Positions 9,768 to 21,023 of a DNA stretch of 64,000 nucleotides are shown one piece after another. How positions within the stretch are numbered: position 1 is the first letter of the stretch; each line of letters starts with the position of its first letter. A program made the position numbers and the translations under genes. The notes under the pieces are model-generated. The model was not told where the DNA came from. It saw only the letters and a list, made by a program, of their open reading frames with translations, and ran no database searches. The DNA is from Acidobacteriota bacterium (lineage in GTDB: Bacteria; Acidobacteriota; Vicinamibacteria; Vicinamibacterales; CAVVIG01): the NCBI GenBank assembly GCA_043743165.1, contig JAYTXA010000059.1, positions 70,816-134,815 of the forward strand. The letters are read 5' to 3'.

Positions 9768-9931
9768 ACCGCGCTCCCTTCACTCGTCGGCTCGGCGTTC
9801 GGCTCCCTCGGTCCCACCAACCATTCTGACCAACGTGGCAGAATGGAACCCTGTACCGTTCACCCTCCCCCGCCGGCCTCACCGATACCGTCGCGCCGCT
9901 CGCCGGCCGCGCTCCGTGGTCGACCGTTGGG

Positions 9932-11113
9932 GTGAACGTGTGGATGTTGGGGCTGACCAGCCTCGTGACCGACATCTCGTCGGAGATGGTCACCAGCATC
10001 CTGCCGGCGTATCTCATCTTCGTGCGCGGCATCTCCCCGTCGACCTTCGGTGTCGTCGACGGCCTGTATCAGGGCGGCGCCTCGATCGCACGGCTCCTGA
10101 GCGGACTGGTAACCGACCGCCTTCGCCGCTACAAGGAAGTGGCCGCTATCGGCTACCTCGCCTCGGCACTCAGCAGAGTGGCTCTGCTCCTGGCCGGCGC
10201 TGCACCCGCATGGCTGGTATCGGCCATCCTGCTCGACCGCGTCGGTAAGGGCGTACGCACGGCACCGCGAGACGCGCTGATCTCGCTGAGTGCGCCGCGC
10301 GGCCGGCTCGGCACCGCCTTCGGCGTCCACCGCACGCTCGACACGGTCGGGGCGACGCTCGGACCGCTCGTCGCCTTCGGCATCCTCTGGTTCACGCAAC
10401 GCGACTTCGAGTCGGTGCTGGTGGTGAGCATCGCGGTGGCCCTCATAGGCCTGGCCATCCTTCTGACCTTCGTGACGAACCCGGCACGTCCGATGACGAC
10501 GGCAGCTGCGTCCGCGCCGGCCAGCATCACCTCGCAGGCGAGGCTGCTTGCGAACCCGCCCTTTCGAGCGCTCGCAACCTGCTCGGGTTTCCTTGGCGCC
10601 GTCAGCCTGAGCGACAGCGTCATCTACCTCGCCCTTCAGCGACAGACCGGGCTTCAAGCCATCTACTTCCCGCTGCTCTACGTCGCCACGCCGGCCGTCT
10701 ACGCCGCTGCGGCCGGTCCGGTGGGGCGTCTCGCCGACCGCATCGGCCGCAACTGGGTGCTCGCCGGTGGCCACGTGGCGCTGGCGCTCCTTTACGCGGT
10801 GTTGCTGCTGCCCGCGCCTGCCTGGGCGACCGGTACCGGCGTCATTGCGCTGCTGGGGCTCTACTACGCGGCAACGGACGGCGTCCTGCCGGCGCTGGGC
10901 AGCGGCGTCCTTCCGCCCGCGTCACGCGCCACGGGGCTTTCCGTCATCGGCACGGCGCAGGACATGGGGCGGCTCGTCGCCAGCCTGGGCTTCGGATGGC
11001 TCTGGTCGCGCGGCTCGATCGACAGCGCAGTCGCCGTGTATCTCGCGGCGATACTCACCGCATTGCTGATGCTCCTGCCGACATTGCGGCGCCTGGGCTC
11101 TTACTCGGACTAG
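9932..11113 (+). CDS. MFS transporter
   Basis: 393-aa polytopic ORF with an MFS-like DRxGRR-type loop (VTDRLRRYK, LADRIGRN). Confidence 0.8.
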   Translation: MNVWMLGLTSLVTDISSEMVTSILPAYLIFVRGISPSTFGVVDGLYQGGASIARLLSGLVTDRLRRYKEVAAIGYLASALSRVALLLAGAAPAWLVSAILLDRVGKGVRTAPRDALISLSAPRGRLGTAFGVHRTLDTVGATLGPLVAFGILWFTQRDFESVLVVSIAVALIGLAILLTFVTNPARPMTTAAASAPASITSQARLLANPPFRALATCSGFLGAVSLSDSVIYLALQRQTGLQAIYFPLLYVATPAVYAAAAGPVGRLADRIGRNWVLAGGHVALALLYAVLLLPAPAWATGTGVIALLGLYYAATDGVLPALGSGVLPPASRATGLSVIGTAQDMGRLVASLGFGWLWSRGSIDSAVAVYLAAILTALLMLLPTLRRLGSYSD

Positions 11114-11120
11114 CACCAAC

Positions 11121-12197
11121 ATGCAGCATCGTCCTTCGCCCCGTCCGGCCATCGTCGCCTTCGTTCTCGTCACGCTCGTCTGCGTGGCCGGCAGCGTGGC
11201 CTTCCTCATGTCGCGGCGGCAGCAGGCCGTGGCGCGGACGACGCCGGCTTCGAACATCGGGACATGGCCGCAGTCGCCCCGCGTCGATTCCGCCGATGGT
11301 CAACGCCTACTGGCTGCCATCCGCTCGGCGCCGCATGTCTACGTGCGCAGCGTACGTCCGGGCGAGTTCGGCCACGTGGTGGTGGCGGCGCTGGACGCCC
11401 CTGACGATCGGCGCGTGGTCACCAACCTGGTGTGCGATCGGCTCGACTTCGGTCGCCAGCGCGGTATCTGCCTCCTGGCGAGCGGCGACACCGTTGGCCC
11501 TGCAGCCCGCGCCATGATCGTCGACCTCGACTTCAACGTGCTGGCCAGCATCCCGCTGGCCGGCACGCCGATCAGGACCAGGCTTTCGCCCGACGAACAG
11601 GTTGCGGCCGCAACGGTCTTCGTCACGGGAGAACGCTACGATGCGGACTTCACTACACGCACGACGCTCATCGACGTGCCCTCACTCACGCCGGTCGCCG
11701 ACCTCGAACAGTTCGAGGCACAGCGCGATGGGCGGCCCTTCAAGAGAATCGACTTCAATTACTGGGGTGTCACCTTCGCGTCGAACAGCAACCGGTTCTT
11801 CGTCACGCTCGGCTACACCGGCACGCGCTTTCTGGTGGAGGGGGATGCGGCGGCGCGGCAACTGCGCGTCATGCGCGACAACGTCGAGTGCCCGTCGCTG
11901 TCGCCGGACGAACGGCTCGTGGCGTTCAAGAGCCGCGTCCCGGAGTCGAGCGAATGGCGGCTGCACGTGCTCGACCCGAGCGGCGGCGCCGAGTGGGCCG
12001 TGGCCGGAGAAACCCGGAATATCGACGACCAGGTGGAATGGCTCGACTCGGGGCACGTGCTCTATCAGGTGCTCGCCGATCGCGGCATGCCGGAGGATGC
12101 GCTGAACGTCTGGAAGAGCCCCGTCGCGCAGGGCCTCTCCCAGCCGCCGGTCCGCTTCATCCGCGCCGCCAGTTCACCGTCCGTCGTGCGCCCGTGA
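11121..12197 (+). CDS. membrane-anchored TolB-like beta-propeller protein
   Basis: 358-aa ORF with an N-terminal TM helix (IVAFVLVTLVCVAGSVAFLM) and PD40-like repeats (SLSPDERLVAFKS..., EWLDSGHVLY). Confidence 0.6.
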   Translation: MQHRPSPRPAIVAFVLVTLVCVAGSVAFLMSRRQQAVARTTPASNIGTWPQSPRVDSADGQRLLAAIRSAPHVYVRSVRPGEFGHVVVAALDAPDDRRVVTNLVCDRLDFGRQRGICLLASGDTVGPAARAMIVDLDFNVLASIPLAGTPIRTRLSPDEQVAAATVFVTGERYDADFTTRTTLIDVPSLTPVADLEQFEAQRDGRPFKRIDFNYWGVTFASNSNRFFVTLGYTGTRFLVEGDAAARQLRVMRDNVECPSLSPDERLVAFKSRVPESSEWRLHVLDPSGGAEWAVAGETRNIDDQVEWLDSGHVLYQVLADRGMPEDALNVWKSPVAQGLSQPPVRFIRAASSPSVVRP

Positions 12198-12442
12198 GCC
12201 GAACCGCGCCACTAATCAGATCTCGAGGTTGCCGCCACACCACCGGGGCTGGCCATCCTCGCCGAGGGCGTCAACCTCGCGTGGTCGGCCCGGCTTTATG
12301 GCGGCTTCCTGCTCGGGCGCGGCGCGTTTGCCGCGCTCGAGCGGTGGCAGATGGCCTACCTGCCGGTCTACCCCGCCTGGGCCGCGCTGGTCGTGATGGT
12401 GTTCCCGCCGCTGTTCGGCTACCGCTGAGCGTCCGGGCCGCG

Positions 12443-13138
12443 TCAGAGGTCGACGCGGTCGATCTCGGCGTAGGTCTTCTGCAGCCAGTACTTCACGCGC
12501 TGCCGCTCCAGAAGTCCGAGCGACGCACCGTCCTGGTTGCCGCGCGTGGTGGCGGCCCAGAAGCTGGTGTTGTGGGCGTCGATCTTCTGCATCGTGCTGT
12601 CCTGCAGGCGGCCGAGTGTGACCACCGTCGCGCCGAGCGCCCGCGCCCGCTTCAGGGTGCCGGACGTGTCCAGAATCGAGAAGTCGCCACCGCGCACGGC
12701 GTTCAGCACCACAACCAGCGGCAGGCGCCCGCCAAACCGATCGAGCAGCGTCGCCAGCAGATCGGCGGAGTCGCGGCCCGAATCCATCACGTGCCAGTAG
12801 GTTAACGACAGCCCGAGGTCGTCGCGCAGGTCAAGCAGGCCCGACTCCTCGATCCACTGGGTGAGAAAGCCGTAGGTTTGCGCCGCGAGGTCGACCAGGA
12901 TGCGTCGATCCGGTTCCGCGGCCGCGGCCTCGACGAGGCTGTCGAGCCCTTCGTAGCGGTCGATGACCACCGGCGCCGCATAGTCCCCATAAAAGCGGAG
13001 CAACGACCCGTGAGACCGGTCGGAGTCGAAACCGAGAAAGGGAATGGTGCGGTCGATGAAGTACTGCGCGAGAATGCGGGACACGACGGACTTGCCGACG
13101 CCGCCCTTCTCGCCACCAATGAAATGAAGGCGGGTCAT
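12443..13138 (-). CDS. ParA/MinD-like P-loop ATPase (orphan)
   Basis: Deviant Walker A at the N-terminus when started at ATG 13138 (MTRLHFIGGEKGGVGKS). The track ORF extends to GTG 13198. No parB-like partner is seen. Confidence 0.7.
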   Translation of the reverse strand: MTRLHFIGGEKGGVGKSVVSRILAQYFIDRTIPFLGFDSDRSHGSLLRFYGDYAAPVVIDRYEGLDSLVEAAAAEPDRRILVDLAAQTYGFLTQWIEESGLLDLRDDLGLSLTYWHVMDSGRDSADLLATLLDRFGGRLPLVVVLNAVRGGDFSILDTSGTLKRARALGATVVTLGRLQDSTMQKIDAHNTSFWAATTRGNQDGASLGLLERQRVKYWLQKTYAEIDRVDL

Positions 13139-13222
13139 GGCGATATCTTGGCACACGCGCCGAAAACCAACAGTCTTGTCTCTTGTGACCTCGGCCACGT
13201 CGCACTAGTCTCGTAGGACGCC

Positions 13223-14737
13223 ATGAGATTCGACGATTACCACACCGGCACGTTCTTCGACGAAATGTTCGAGCCCGGTGGCGCGCCGCGCCCCGCCGCT
13301 CGCGCCCTCGCCCATTTCATCGAATCGATGTCCGACGGCGAACTGCTGCATCGACAGCTGTCGGCCGAGCGGGCACTGATGCACATGGGGATCACCTTCA
13401 ACGTCTACGGCGACACCTCCGGCACCGAGCGGATCTTTCCGTTCGACCTGGTGCCCCGCATCGTGGCCGCCTCGGAGTGGAACTGGATCGAGAGCGGGCT
13501 CAAACAGCGCATTCGCGCGCTGAACCTGTTCATCGACGACATCTACCACGACCAGAACATCATCAAGGACGGCGTCATCCCCGTCGACGTCGTCAAGACG
13601 GCGAGCAGCTTCCGCAAGCAGTGCGTCGGGCTGAATCCGCCGGGCGGCGTGTGGTGTCACGTCACCGGAACCGACCTCGTTCGCAATAGCGACGGACAGA
13701 TTTATGTCCTCGAAGATAACCTGCGCTGTCCGTCGGGCGTGTCGTACGTGCTCAAGAACCGCGTCGTGATGAAGCGGACGTTCCCGCAGGTGTTCGAGTC
13801 GTCGCGCATCCGGCCAGTCGACGACTACCCCGGGCGCCTACGCGACACGCTCGAGGCGATGTCGCCGACCGACGTCGAATCGCCGCGCGTGGTGGTGCTG
13901 ACGCCGGGCATCCACAACTCGGCCTACTTCGAGCACTCCTTCCTCGCCCAGCAGATGGGTGTGGAACTGGTGGAGGGACGCGACCTCGTCGTCTCGGACG
14001 GCTTCGTCTGGATGCGCACGACCAAGGGCTTCGAGCGAGTGGACGTGATCTACCGCCGCATCGACGACGACTTCCTCGACCCGAAATCGTTCAGGGCCGA
14101 CTCGGCGCTCGGCGTGCCTGGGCTGATGGACGTCTACAAGTCGGGTCGTGTCGCCATTGCCAACGCGCCGGGCACAGGCATCGCCGACGACAAGGTGGTC
14201 TACGTCTATGTGCCGAAGATGATTGCCTATTACCTCGGTGAAGAGGCGATCATCCCGAACGTCCCCACCTTCCTGTGTGCGCAGGAGGACGACCGCAAGT
14301 ACGTGCTGGCGCACCTGCCGGAACTGGTCGTCAAGGCGGCGAACGAGTCGGGTGGCTACGGCATGCTCGTCGGCCCGGCGTCCACAACTGACGAACAGGC
14401 GGAATTCGCGCGGCGCATCGCGGCCAACCCGCGCAACTACGTCGCGCAGCCGACGCTGTCGCTGTCCAGGGTGCCGACGATCATCGACGGCTCGTTCAAG
14501 GGGCGACATGTCGATCTGCGCCCCTACATCCTCTACGGCCGCGACATCTCCGTGCTGCCTGGCGGCCTGACGCGCGTGGCGCTGCGCGAAGGGTCGCTCG
14601 TCGTCAACTCGTCACAGGGCGGCGGCAGCAAGGACACGTGGGTCGTGGCCGACGAACCTCGGCACGATGACACGGCTGTCACTCCAACCGCTCCGCAGAA
14701 CCGCAGCGTCGCAACGCAGACGCAGAGGCAACGCTGA
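13223..14737 (+). CDS. circularly permuted ATP-grasp type 2 protein
   Basis: 504-aa ORF. The pattern ITFNVYGD...ERIFPFDLVPRI, YVLEDNLRCPSGVSY and ANAPGTGIADDK is typical of the COG2308 family. Confidence 0.85.
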   Translation: MRFDDYHTGTFFDEMFEPGGAPRPAARALAHFIESMSDGELLHRQLSAERALMHMGITFNVYGDTSGTERIFPFDLVPRIVAASEWNWIESGLKQRIRALNLFIDDIYHDQNIIKDGVIPVDVVKTASSFRKQCVGLNPPGGVWCHVTGTDLVRNSDGQIYVLEDNLRCPSGVSYVLKNRVVMKRTFPQVFESSRIRPVDDYPGRLRDTLEAMSPTDVESPRVVVLTPGIHNSAYFEHSFLAQQMGVELVEGRDLVVSDGFVWMRTTKGFERVDVIYRRIDDDFLDPKSFRADSALGVPGLMDVYKSGRVAIANAPGTGIADDKVVYVYVPKMIAYYLGEEAIIPNVPTFLCAQEDDRKYVLAHLPELVVKAANESGGYGMLVGPASTTDEQAEFARRIAANPRNYVAQPTLSLSRVPTIIDGSFKGRHVDLRPYILYGRDISVLPGGLTRVALREGSLVVNSSQGGGSKDTWVVADEPRHDDTAVTPTAPQNRSVATQTQRQR

Positions 14738-15741
14738 TGCTGGCCCGGGTAGCCGAATCGATCTACTGGATGAGCCGTTACGTCGAGCGCGCCGAGAACG
14801 TGGCGCGCTTCGTCGAGGTGAACCTGAACCTGATGCTCGACCTCCCCGCCGGGGCCGAGCAACAGTGGCAGCCGCTGGTGGCGACCACCGGCGACGCCGA
14901 GGCGTTCGCGAAGCACTACGGCGAAAGCACGCAGCAGAGCGTCATCCAGTTCCTCACCTTCGACGAGGAGAATCCCAACTCCATTCTCTCGTGCCTGCGA
15001 GCGGCGCGCGAGAACGCGCGCTCGGTGCGCGAGGTCATCTCGTCGGAGATGTGGGAGCAACTGAACAAGTACTACCTGACGGTGAACGCCGCCGCCGAGG
15101 ACCAGGGCAGCCTGACCGACCCGCAGGAACTGTTCGCGTCGGTCAGGATGTCGGGGCACCTGTTCACGGGCGTCACCGACGCGACGATGACACACAACGA
15201 GGGGTGGCAGTTCTGCCGCCTCGGACGCCTCCTCGAACGCGCCGACAAGACCTCGCGCATCCTCGACGTGAAGTACTTCCTCCTGCTGCCGACGTCTGAC
15301 GACGTCGGGACGACGTCCGACGACATCCAGTGGGCAGCCGTGCTCCGCTCGGCCAGCGCCTTCGAGATGTACCGGAAGACGCATGGCCGCATCGCCCCCG
15401 AGCGCATCGTCGAGTTCCTGCTGCTCGAACGCGACTTCCCGCGCGCCATCCAGTACTCGCTGACCCACGCCCGCGAGGCAATTCACGCCATTTCCGGCAC
15501 GCCGGTCGGCATCGTCCGCTACCAGGTGGAACGGTTGCTCGGCGAGATCTGCTCGGAACTGGCCTATGCCCGCGTCGAGAGCATCATCGCGGCCGGCCTG
15601 CACGAATACCTGGACGGCCTGCAGACGAAGGTGAACCAGATCGGCATCGGCGTTGCTGAGGCATTCTTCGCAGCGCGCGCGCTGCCGCCGGTCCGGCGGA
15701 AGTCGAGGGGACGCACCTCTTCCGGTCAACCGGCGGTGTGA
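14737..15741 (+). CDS. alpha-E domain protein
   Basis: 334-aa ORF starting MLARVAESIYWMSRYVERAENVARF (alpha-E signature). Its start overlaps the stop of the ATP-grasp gene. Confidence 0.85.
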   Translation: MLARVAESIYWMSRYVERAENVARFVEVNLNLMLDLPAGAEQQWQPLVATTGDAEAFAKHYGESTQQSVIQFLTFDEENPNSILSCLRAARENARSVREVISSEMWEQLNKYYLTVNAAAEDQGSLTDPQELFASVRMSGHLFTGVTDATMTHNEGWQFCRLGRLLERADKTSRILDVKYFLLLPTSDDVGTTSDDIQWAAVLRSASAFEMYRKTHGRIAPERIVEFLLLERDFPRAIQYSLTHAREAIHAISGTPVGIVRYQVERLLGEICSELAYARVESIIAAGLHEYLDGLQTKVNQIGIGVAEAFFAARALPPVRRKSRGRTSSGQPAV

Positions 15742-15762
15742 CAGACACGAGGCCACCTGACC

Positions 15763-16584
15763 ATGCATCTCCGCGTCGGCTATGAACTGATCTACGACTG
15801 TCCGCAGCCGACGCCGATGATGCTGATGCTCAACATCCACCATTCGCGCGCCAACGACATCCGGCAAGCCGATGTGCTGCAGACCACGCCCGTCGTGCCG
15901 CGCACCACCTACCGCGACGGGTTCGGCAACTGGTGCACCCGGCTCGTCGTGCCGCAGGGACGCACGGTGCTGACCGCCACGGGCGTCGTCTGGGACTCAG
16001 GCCTGCTCGAGTCGATGGTTACGTCGGCCCGATCGACTCCGGTGGAGGATCTGCCGGAGGAATGCCTCGTCTTCCTGCTCGGCAGCCGCTACTGCGAGAC
16101 CGATCGCCTGTCGGACACCGCCTGGTCGCTGTTCGGCCACACGCCTGGCGGCGCCCTCCGCGTGCAGGCGATCTGCGATTTCGTGCACGAACACGTCACC
16201 TTCGCCTACGAGGATGCGCGCTCGACGCGGTCCGCGTGGGAAGCGTTCAACGAACGGAAGGGTGTGTGCCGTGACTTCGCGCACCTGGCGGTCACGCTCT
16301 GCCGCTGCATGAACATCCCCGCCCGGTATTGCACCGGCTACCTCGGCGACTCGGGCACGCCGCCGCCGCACGGCGTGATGGACTTCGCCGCCTGGTTCGA
16401 AGCGTTCGTCGACGGACGCTGGCAGACCTTCGATGCCCGTAACAACGTGCCGCGCATCGGCCGTGTCCTCATCGCACGCGGGCGCGACGCCACCGACGTC
16501 GCCATCAGTAACGCGTTCGGTCCGAACACGCTGGTCGGTTTCAGGGTGTGGACCGATGACGTACAGTTGGGCGCCGAGCAGTAG
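15763..16584 (+). CDS. transglutaminase-like cysteine peptidase family protein
   Basis: 273-aa ORF with catalytic-core pattern [28 protein letters not shown]...[19 protein letters not shown]. Confidence 0.85.
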   Translation: MHLRVGYELIYDCPQPTPMMLMLNIHHSRANDIRQADVLQTTPVVPRTTYRDGFGNWCTRLVVPQGRTVLTATGVVWDSGLLESMVTSARSTPVEDLPEECLVFLLGSRYCETDRLSDTAWSLFGHTPGGALRVQAICDFVHEHVTFAYEDARSTRSAWEAFNERKGVCRDFAHLAVTLCRCMNIPARYCTGYLGDSGTPPPHGVMDFAAWFEAFVDGRWQTFDARNNVPRIGRVLIARGRDATDVAISNAFGPNTLVGFRVWTDDVQLGAEQ

Positions 16585-16594
16585 GAGGCGGTTC

Positions 16595-16981
16595 ATGACC
16601 GACGACCTCGAGCGGAACAAGGCGACGGTCATCGCGTTCTACGACCTGATGTTCAACCAGTGCCAGCCGGCACAGGCCGTCGCGCTCTACACCGGCGACA
16701 CCTACATTCAGCACAATCCGGTGGTGGCGGACGGCAAGGACGCCTTCATCGCCTACTTCGAGCGGATGGCGCGCGAGTACCCGGGCAAGCGCGTCGAGTT
16801 CCGGCGGGTCATCGCGGAGGGGTCGCTGGTGGTGTTGCACTGCTACCAGTACTGGCCGAACGACGGCGACTGGGCGGGCATCGACATCTTCCGGCTCGAC
16901 GGCCGCGGGAAGATCGTCGAGCACTGGGACGTGCTGCAGCGGGTGCCGGCCTCGGCCGCCCACCCCAACACCATGTTCTAG
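16595..16981 (+). CDS. SnoaL-like / NTF2-fold protein
   Basis: Internal ATG of track ORF 16433..16981, preceded by AGGAGG. The sequence [15 protein letters not shown]...YIQHNP...[11 protein letters not shown] is the SnoaL/ester-cyclase pattern. Confidence 0.8.
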   Translation: MTDDLERNKATVIAFYDLMFNQCQPAQAVALYTGDTYIQHNPVVADGKDAFIAYFERMAREYPGKRVEFRRVIAEGSLVVLHCYQYWPNDGDWAGIDIFRLDGRGKIVEHWDVLQRVPASAAHPNTMF

Positions 16982-16997
16982 GCAGCGCGACGTAGCT

Positions 16998-17018
16998 GCG
17001 GACCTTCAGGTCGGCCCG
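16998..17018. repeat. REP-like palindromic intergenic element, copy 1
   Basis: GCGGACCTTCAGGTCGGCCCG. It is the exact reverse complement of the 21-mer at 20996-21016 and contains an imperfect hairpin GCGGACCT-tc-AGGTCGGC. Confidence 0.7.
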
Positions 17019-17111
17019 GCCTATGGGTTCGTCAAGGAGGCGCCGGGAGGCGGGACGCGATATCGTATAGGTGATGCCCGTCCACACCGGGCCCTGCTGA
17101 CTCACACCTGC

Positions 17112-20100
17112 ATGCTGACACTGCCCGGCGCTTCGGCCCTTTCGCCCTTCCGTCTACAACGCCTGCTCGCCCGCCTTGGCGGTGACGCCGCCGGCATCCG
17201 CGGCCTCGGGGCCAGATTCGTCCATTTCATCGACGTCGAGGCTCCGCTCGATGCTCAGGCACTCGTCGTCCTGGAACGTCTGCTGGAGTACGGTCCACGA
17301 CGGGCCGCGGCAGACGAGCGCGGCGAGCTGTTCCTGGTCGTGCCGCGCCCAGGCACCCTGTCGCCCTGGTCGAGCAAGGCCACCGACATCGTGCGCAACG
17401 CCGGGCTGACCTCGGTGCGGCGGGTCGAGCGCGGCATCGCGTACTACGTCGACGTGCCGTCTGGCATCACGCCGGAGCAGCGCTCGGCGATGTCGGCGCA
17501 ACTGCATGACCGCATGGTGGAGAGCGTGCTCGCCAGACTCGACGACGCCGCGCGGTTGTTCGAGCAGGGTGCGCCACGGGCGCTGGTGAGCGTCGACATC
17601 CTGGGCGGCGGGCGCGCCGCACTCGAGCGCGCCAACCTCGAGCGCGGCTTTGCCCTGGCGCCTGACGAAATGAATTATCTCTGCGGGGCGTTCACCGACC
17701 TGGGCCGCAACCCGACCGATGTCGAGCTGATGATGTTCGCGCAGGCCAACAGCGAGCACTGCCGCCACAAGATCTTCAATGCCACCTGGACGATCAATGG
17801 CGCCGAGCAGCCGAAGAGCCTCTTCGGCATGATCCGGAACACGTACGAGCAGGCCGCCGACCCCGACGTCCTCAGTGCCTACTCGGACAACGCGGCGGTG
17901 ATCCGCGGTCCGCAGGGCGCGCGTTTCTTCCCCGATCCCGCCACCGGACGCTTCGCCTTCCACGATGAGCCCGTGCACATCATGATGAAGGTCGAGACCC
18001 ACAACCACCCGACGGCGATTGCGCCGTACCCCGGAGCCTCGACCGGCTCGGGCGGCGAGATTCGCGACGAGGGCGCCGTTGGCTGCGGCGCGCGGCCCAA
18101 GGCGGGCCTCGTCGGATTCAGCGTGTCGAACCTCCGTGTGCCGGGGCTCGAGCAGCCGTGGGAGCACGGATACGGCAAGCCCGACCGGATCGTGTCGGCG
18201 CTGCAGATCATGCTCGACGGTCCGATCGGCGCGGCCGCGTTCAACAACGAGTTCGGCCGCCCGGCCATCTGCGGCTACTTCCGCACGCTGGAGCAGGCCG
18301 ACGGCGACCGGATGTGGGGCTACCACAAGCCGATCATGATTGCCGGCGGACTCGGGAACATCCGTGACGCCGACGTGCTGAAGCGCGACATGCCGGCGGG
18401 CTCGCTGCTGGTGGTGCTCGGCGGCCCGGCCATGCTGATCGGGCTCGGCGGCGGCGCCGCGTCGTCGATGACGTCAGGCGCCAGCGACGCCGACCTCGAC
18501 TTTGCCTCGGTACAGCGCGACAACGCCGAGATGGAACACCGCTGCCAGGAAGTGATCGACCGCTGCTGGCAGCTGGGCGATCGCAATCCGATCCGTTTCA
18601 TTCACGACGTCGGTGCGGGCGGACTGTCGAATGCCCTGCCCGAACTGGTGAAGGACGGCGGACGCGGCGCGCGCATCGAGCTGCGCCGCATTCCCAGCGC
18701 CGACGCCGCGCTGTCGCCGCTCGAGATCTGGTGCAACGAAGCCCAGGAGCGCTACGTCCTGGCGATCGACCCGGCCGACCTCGGCGCGTTCGAGGCCATC
18801 TGCGTCCGCGAGCGTTGCCCGTTCGCAGTGGTCGGTGAAGCGCTCGCAGACGCCACGCTGCACGTCGACGACCGCCAGTTGGGTAACGCGCCGGTCGACC
18901 TGTCGCTCGCGGTACTCTTCGGCAAGACCCCGCGCATGCTGCGGTCGTTCGAACGGCAGTCACTCGCGCGTGCGCCACTCGCCCTGGCCGACGTCACGAT
19001 CGCCGATGCGGTTGAACGGGTGCTGCGGATGCCGGCGGTGGCGAGCAAGGGGTTCCTGGTCACCATCGGCGACCGGAGCGTCACCGGACTGATTCACCGC
19101 GACCAGATGGTCGGCCCGTGGCAGGTGCCGGTGGCCGATGCCGGCATCACCCTCACCAGCTATACCGCCTACACGGGCGAGGCGATGGCGATGGGTGAAC
19201 GCACCCCGTTGGCCCTTGTCGACGCGGCGGCATCGGGCCGGATGGCCGTCGCCGAAGCCATCACGAACATCGCCAGCGCACGCATCGGCGCGCTGCGCGA
19301 CATCAAGCTCTCGGCCAACTGGATGGCCGCCGCCGGACAACTCGGTCAGGATCAGGCGCTGTTCGACACGGTCCGCGCCGTCGGCATGGAGCTCTGTCCG
19401 GCGCTCGGCATCGTCATCCCGGTCGGCAAGGACTCCATGTCCATGCATACGCGGTGGACGGTAGAGGGCCAGACGAAGGCGGTCACGGCGCCGCTGTCGC
19501 TGGTGGTGTCGGCATTCGCGCCGGTGCCCGATGTGCGGCAGTCGGTGACGCCGCAATTGCGCGCCGGCCTGGATAACGACCTGCTGCTCGTCGATCTGGG
19601 CGGCGGCAAGCACCGGCTCGGTGGCTCGATCCTCGCGCAGGCGTGGGGCCAGGTGGGCGACGAGGCTCCCGACCTCGATGCGCCGGAGTTGCTCGTGGCG
19701 TTCTTCGGCGTCGTCCAGAGCTGCCTGCAGGATGGCCTGCTCGTCGCCTATCACGACCGCTCGGACGGCGGCCTGTTCACGACGCTGGCGGAGATGGCGT
19801 TCGCGGGCCACTGCGGGCTCGACCTCGACATCTCGGCACTCGGACCGCAGCCCGTGGCGGCACTCTTCAGCGAGGAGCTCGGCGCGGTGCTGCAGGTGCG
19901 ACGGGCGGATGCAGCCACGGTAGTGGCCCGCTTCGACGCGGCAGGCCTTGGCGCGATGACGCACCGCATCGGCCACGCGGTGACCGGTTCGACCGTGCGC
20001 GTGGTGCACGGTAGTGCGGAGTGCTACCGCGCGTCGCGCATCGACCTGCACCGCACGTGGGCTGAACTCAGCGCAACGATGCAGGGCCTGCGCGACAATC

Positions 20101-20993
20101 CGGCCTGCGCCCGCGAGGAATACGACACGCTGCTCGACGAGGCCGACCCGGGCCTGTCGGCCTCGCTCACCTACGACCCCGCAGCGGATGTGGCGGCACC
20201 GTTCATCCACACTGGTGCGCGGCCGCGGCTTGCGGTCCTCCGCGAGCAGGGCGTGAACAGCCAGTACGAGATGGCGGCCGGGTTCGATCGCGCCGGGTTC
20301 GACACGTTCGATGTCCACATGAGCGACATCCTCAGCGGACGCGTCGACCTCTCCACCTTCAAGGGGCTGGCAGCGTGCGGCGGCTTCTCGTACGGCGACG
20401 TGCTCGGCGCCGGCGAAGGCTGGGCCAAGACCATCCTGTTCAACGCGCGGGCGCGCGACCAGTTCGAGGCGTTCTTCGCACGGCCAGACACCTTCACGTT
20501 CGGCAGCTGCAACGGCTGTCAGATGGTGGCGAACCTGCGCGACATCATCCCCGGTGCGGCCCACTGGCCGAAGTTCGTCCGCAACCTGTCGGAGCAGTAC
20601 GAAGCGCGCGTCGCGCTGGTGCGGGTCGAACGGAGTTCATCGCTGCTGTTCAACGGCATGCACGACTCGGTTCTGCCGATTGTCGTCGCGCACGGCGAAG
20701 GCCAGGCCGAGTTCCGCGCCGACGGCGTCCGGGAGTCGCTCGAGGCAGGCGGCGGAGTGGCGCTACGGTGGGTGGACACGCGCGGACACGCAACCCAGGT
20801 CTACCCTGCCAACCCCAACGGCTCGACGGCGGCAATCGCGGCCGTCTGCTCCGACGATGGGCGCGTGACGATCACGATGCCACATCCCGAACGGGTGTTC
20901 CGCACGGTCCAGAACTCGTGGGCGCCGACGGGCTGGGGTGAAGACGGCGGATGGATGCGCCTGTTCCGCAACGCGCGCGTCTGGCTTGGGTAG
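17112..20993 (+). CDS. purL: phosphoribosylformylglycinamidine synthase (single-chain large type)
   Basis: 1293-aa ORF. It has an N-terminal PurS-like region, AIR-synthase-like domains ([16 protein letters not shown]..) and a C-terminal glutaminase domain ([11 protein letters not shown]). Confidence 0.97.
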   Translation: MLTLPGASALSPFRLQRLLARLGGDAAGIRGLGARFVHFIDVEAPLDAQALVVLERLLEYGPRRAAADERGELFLVVPRPGTLSPWSSKATDIVRNAGLTSVRRVERGIAYYVDVPSGITPEQRSAMSAQLHDRMVESVLARLDDAARLFEQGAPRALVSVDILGGGRAALERANLERGFALAPDEMNYLCGAFTDLGRNPTDVELMMFAQANSEHCRHKIFNATWTINGAEQPKSLFGMIRNTYEQAADPDVLSAYSDNAAVIRGPQGARFFPDPATGRFAFHDEPVHIMMKVETHNHPTAIAPYPGASTGSGGEIRDEGAVGCGARPKAGLVGFSVSNLRVPGLEQPWEHGYGKPDRIVSALQIMLDGPIGAAAFNNEFGRPAICGYFRTLEQADGDRMWGYHKPIMIAGGLGNIRDADVLKRDMPAGSLLVVLGGPAMLIGLGGGAASSMTSGASDADLDFASVQRDNAEMEHRCQEVIDRCWQLGDRNPIRFIHDVGAGGLSNALPELVKDGGRGARIELRRIPSADAALSPLEIWCNEAQERYVLAIDPADLGAFEAICVRERCPFAVVGEALADATLHVDDRQLGNAPVDLSLAVLFGKTPRMLRSFERQSLARAPLALADVTIADAVERVLRMPAVASKGFLVTIGDRSVTGLIHRDQMVGPWQVPVADAGITLTSYTAYTGEAMAMGERTPLALVDAAASGRMAVAEAITNIASARIGALRDIKLSANWMAAAGQLGQDQALFDTVRAVGMELCPALGIVIPVGKDSMSMHTRWTVEGQTKAVTAPLSLVVSAFAPVPDVRQSVTPQLRAGLDNDLLLVDLGGGKHRLGGSILAQAWGQVGDEAPDLDAPELLVAFFGVVQSCLQDGLLVAYHDRSDGGLFTTLAEMAFAGHCGLDLDISALGPQPVAALFSEELGAVLQVRRADAATVVARFDAAGLGAMTHRIGHAVTGSTVRVVHGSAECYRASRIDLHRTWAELSATMQGLRDNPACAREEYDTLLDEADPGLSASLTYDPAADVAAPFIHTGARPRLAVLREQGVNSQYEMAAGFDRAGFDTFDVHMSDILSGRVDLSTFKGLAACGGFSYGDVLGAGEGWAKTILFNARARDQFEAFFARPDTFTFGSCNGCQMVANLRDIIPGAAHWPKFVRNLSEQYEARVALVRVERSSSLLFNGMHDSVLPIVVAHGEGQAEFRADGVRESLEAGGGVALRWVDTRGHATQVYPANPNGSTAAIAAVCSDDGRVTITMPHPERVFRTVQNSWAPTGWGEDGGWMRLFRNARVWLG

Positions 20994-20995
20994 AG

Positions 20996-21016
20996 CGGGC
21001 CGACCTGAAGGTCCGC
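20996..21016. repeat. REP-like palindromic intergenic element, copy 2
   Basis: CGGGCCGACCTGAAGGTCCGC, lying between convergent purL and the NuoB-like gene. It is the exact reverse complement of 16998-17018. Confidence 0.7.
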
Positions 21017-21023
21017 TGTTTCC

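Noticed and set aside
17154-20564. Minus-strand ORFs 17154..18326 (390 aa) and 18960..20564 (534 aa) inside purL
   Set aside because: They are antisense shadows of a 1293-aa gene with full-length PurL architecture.
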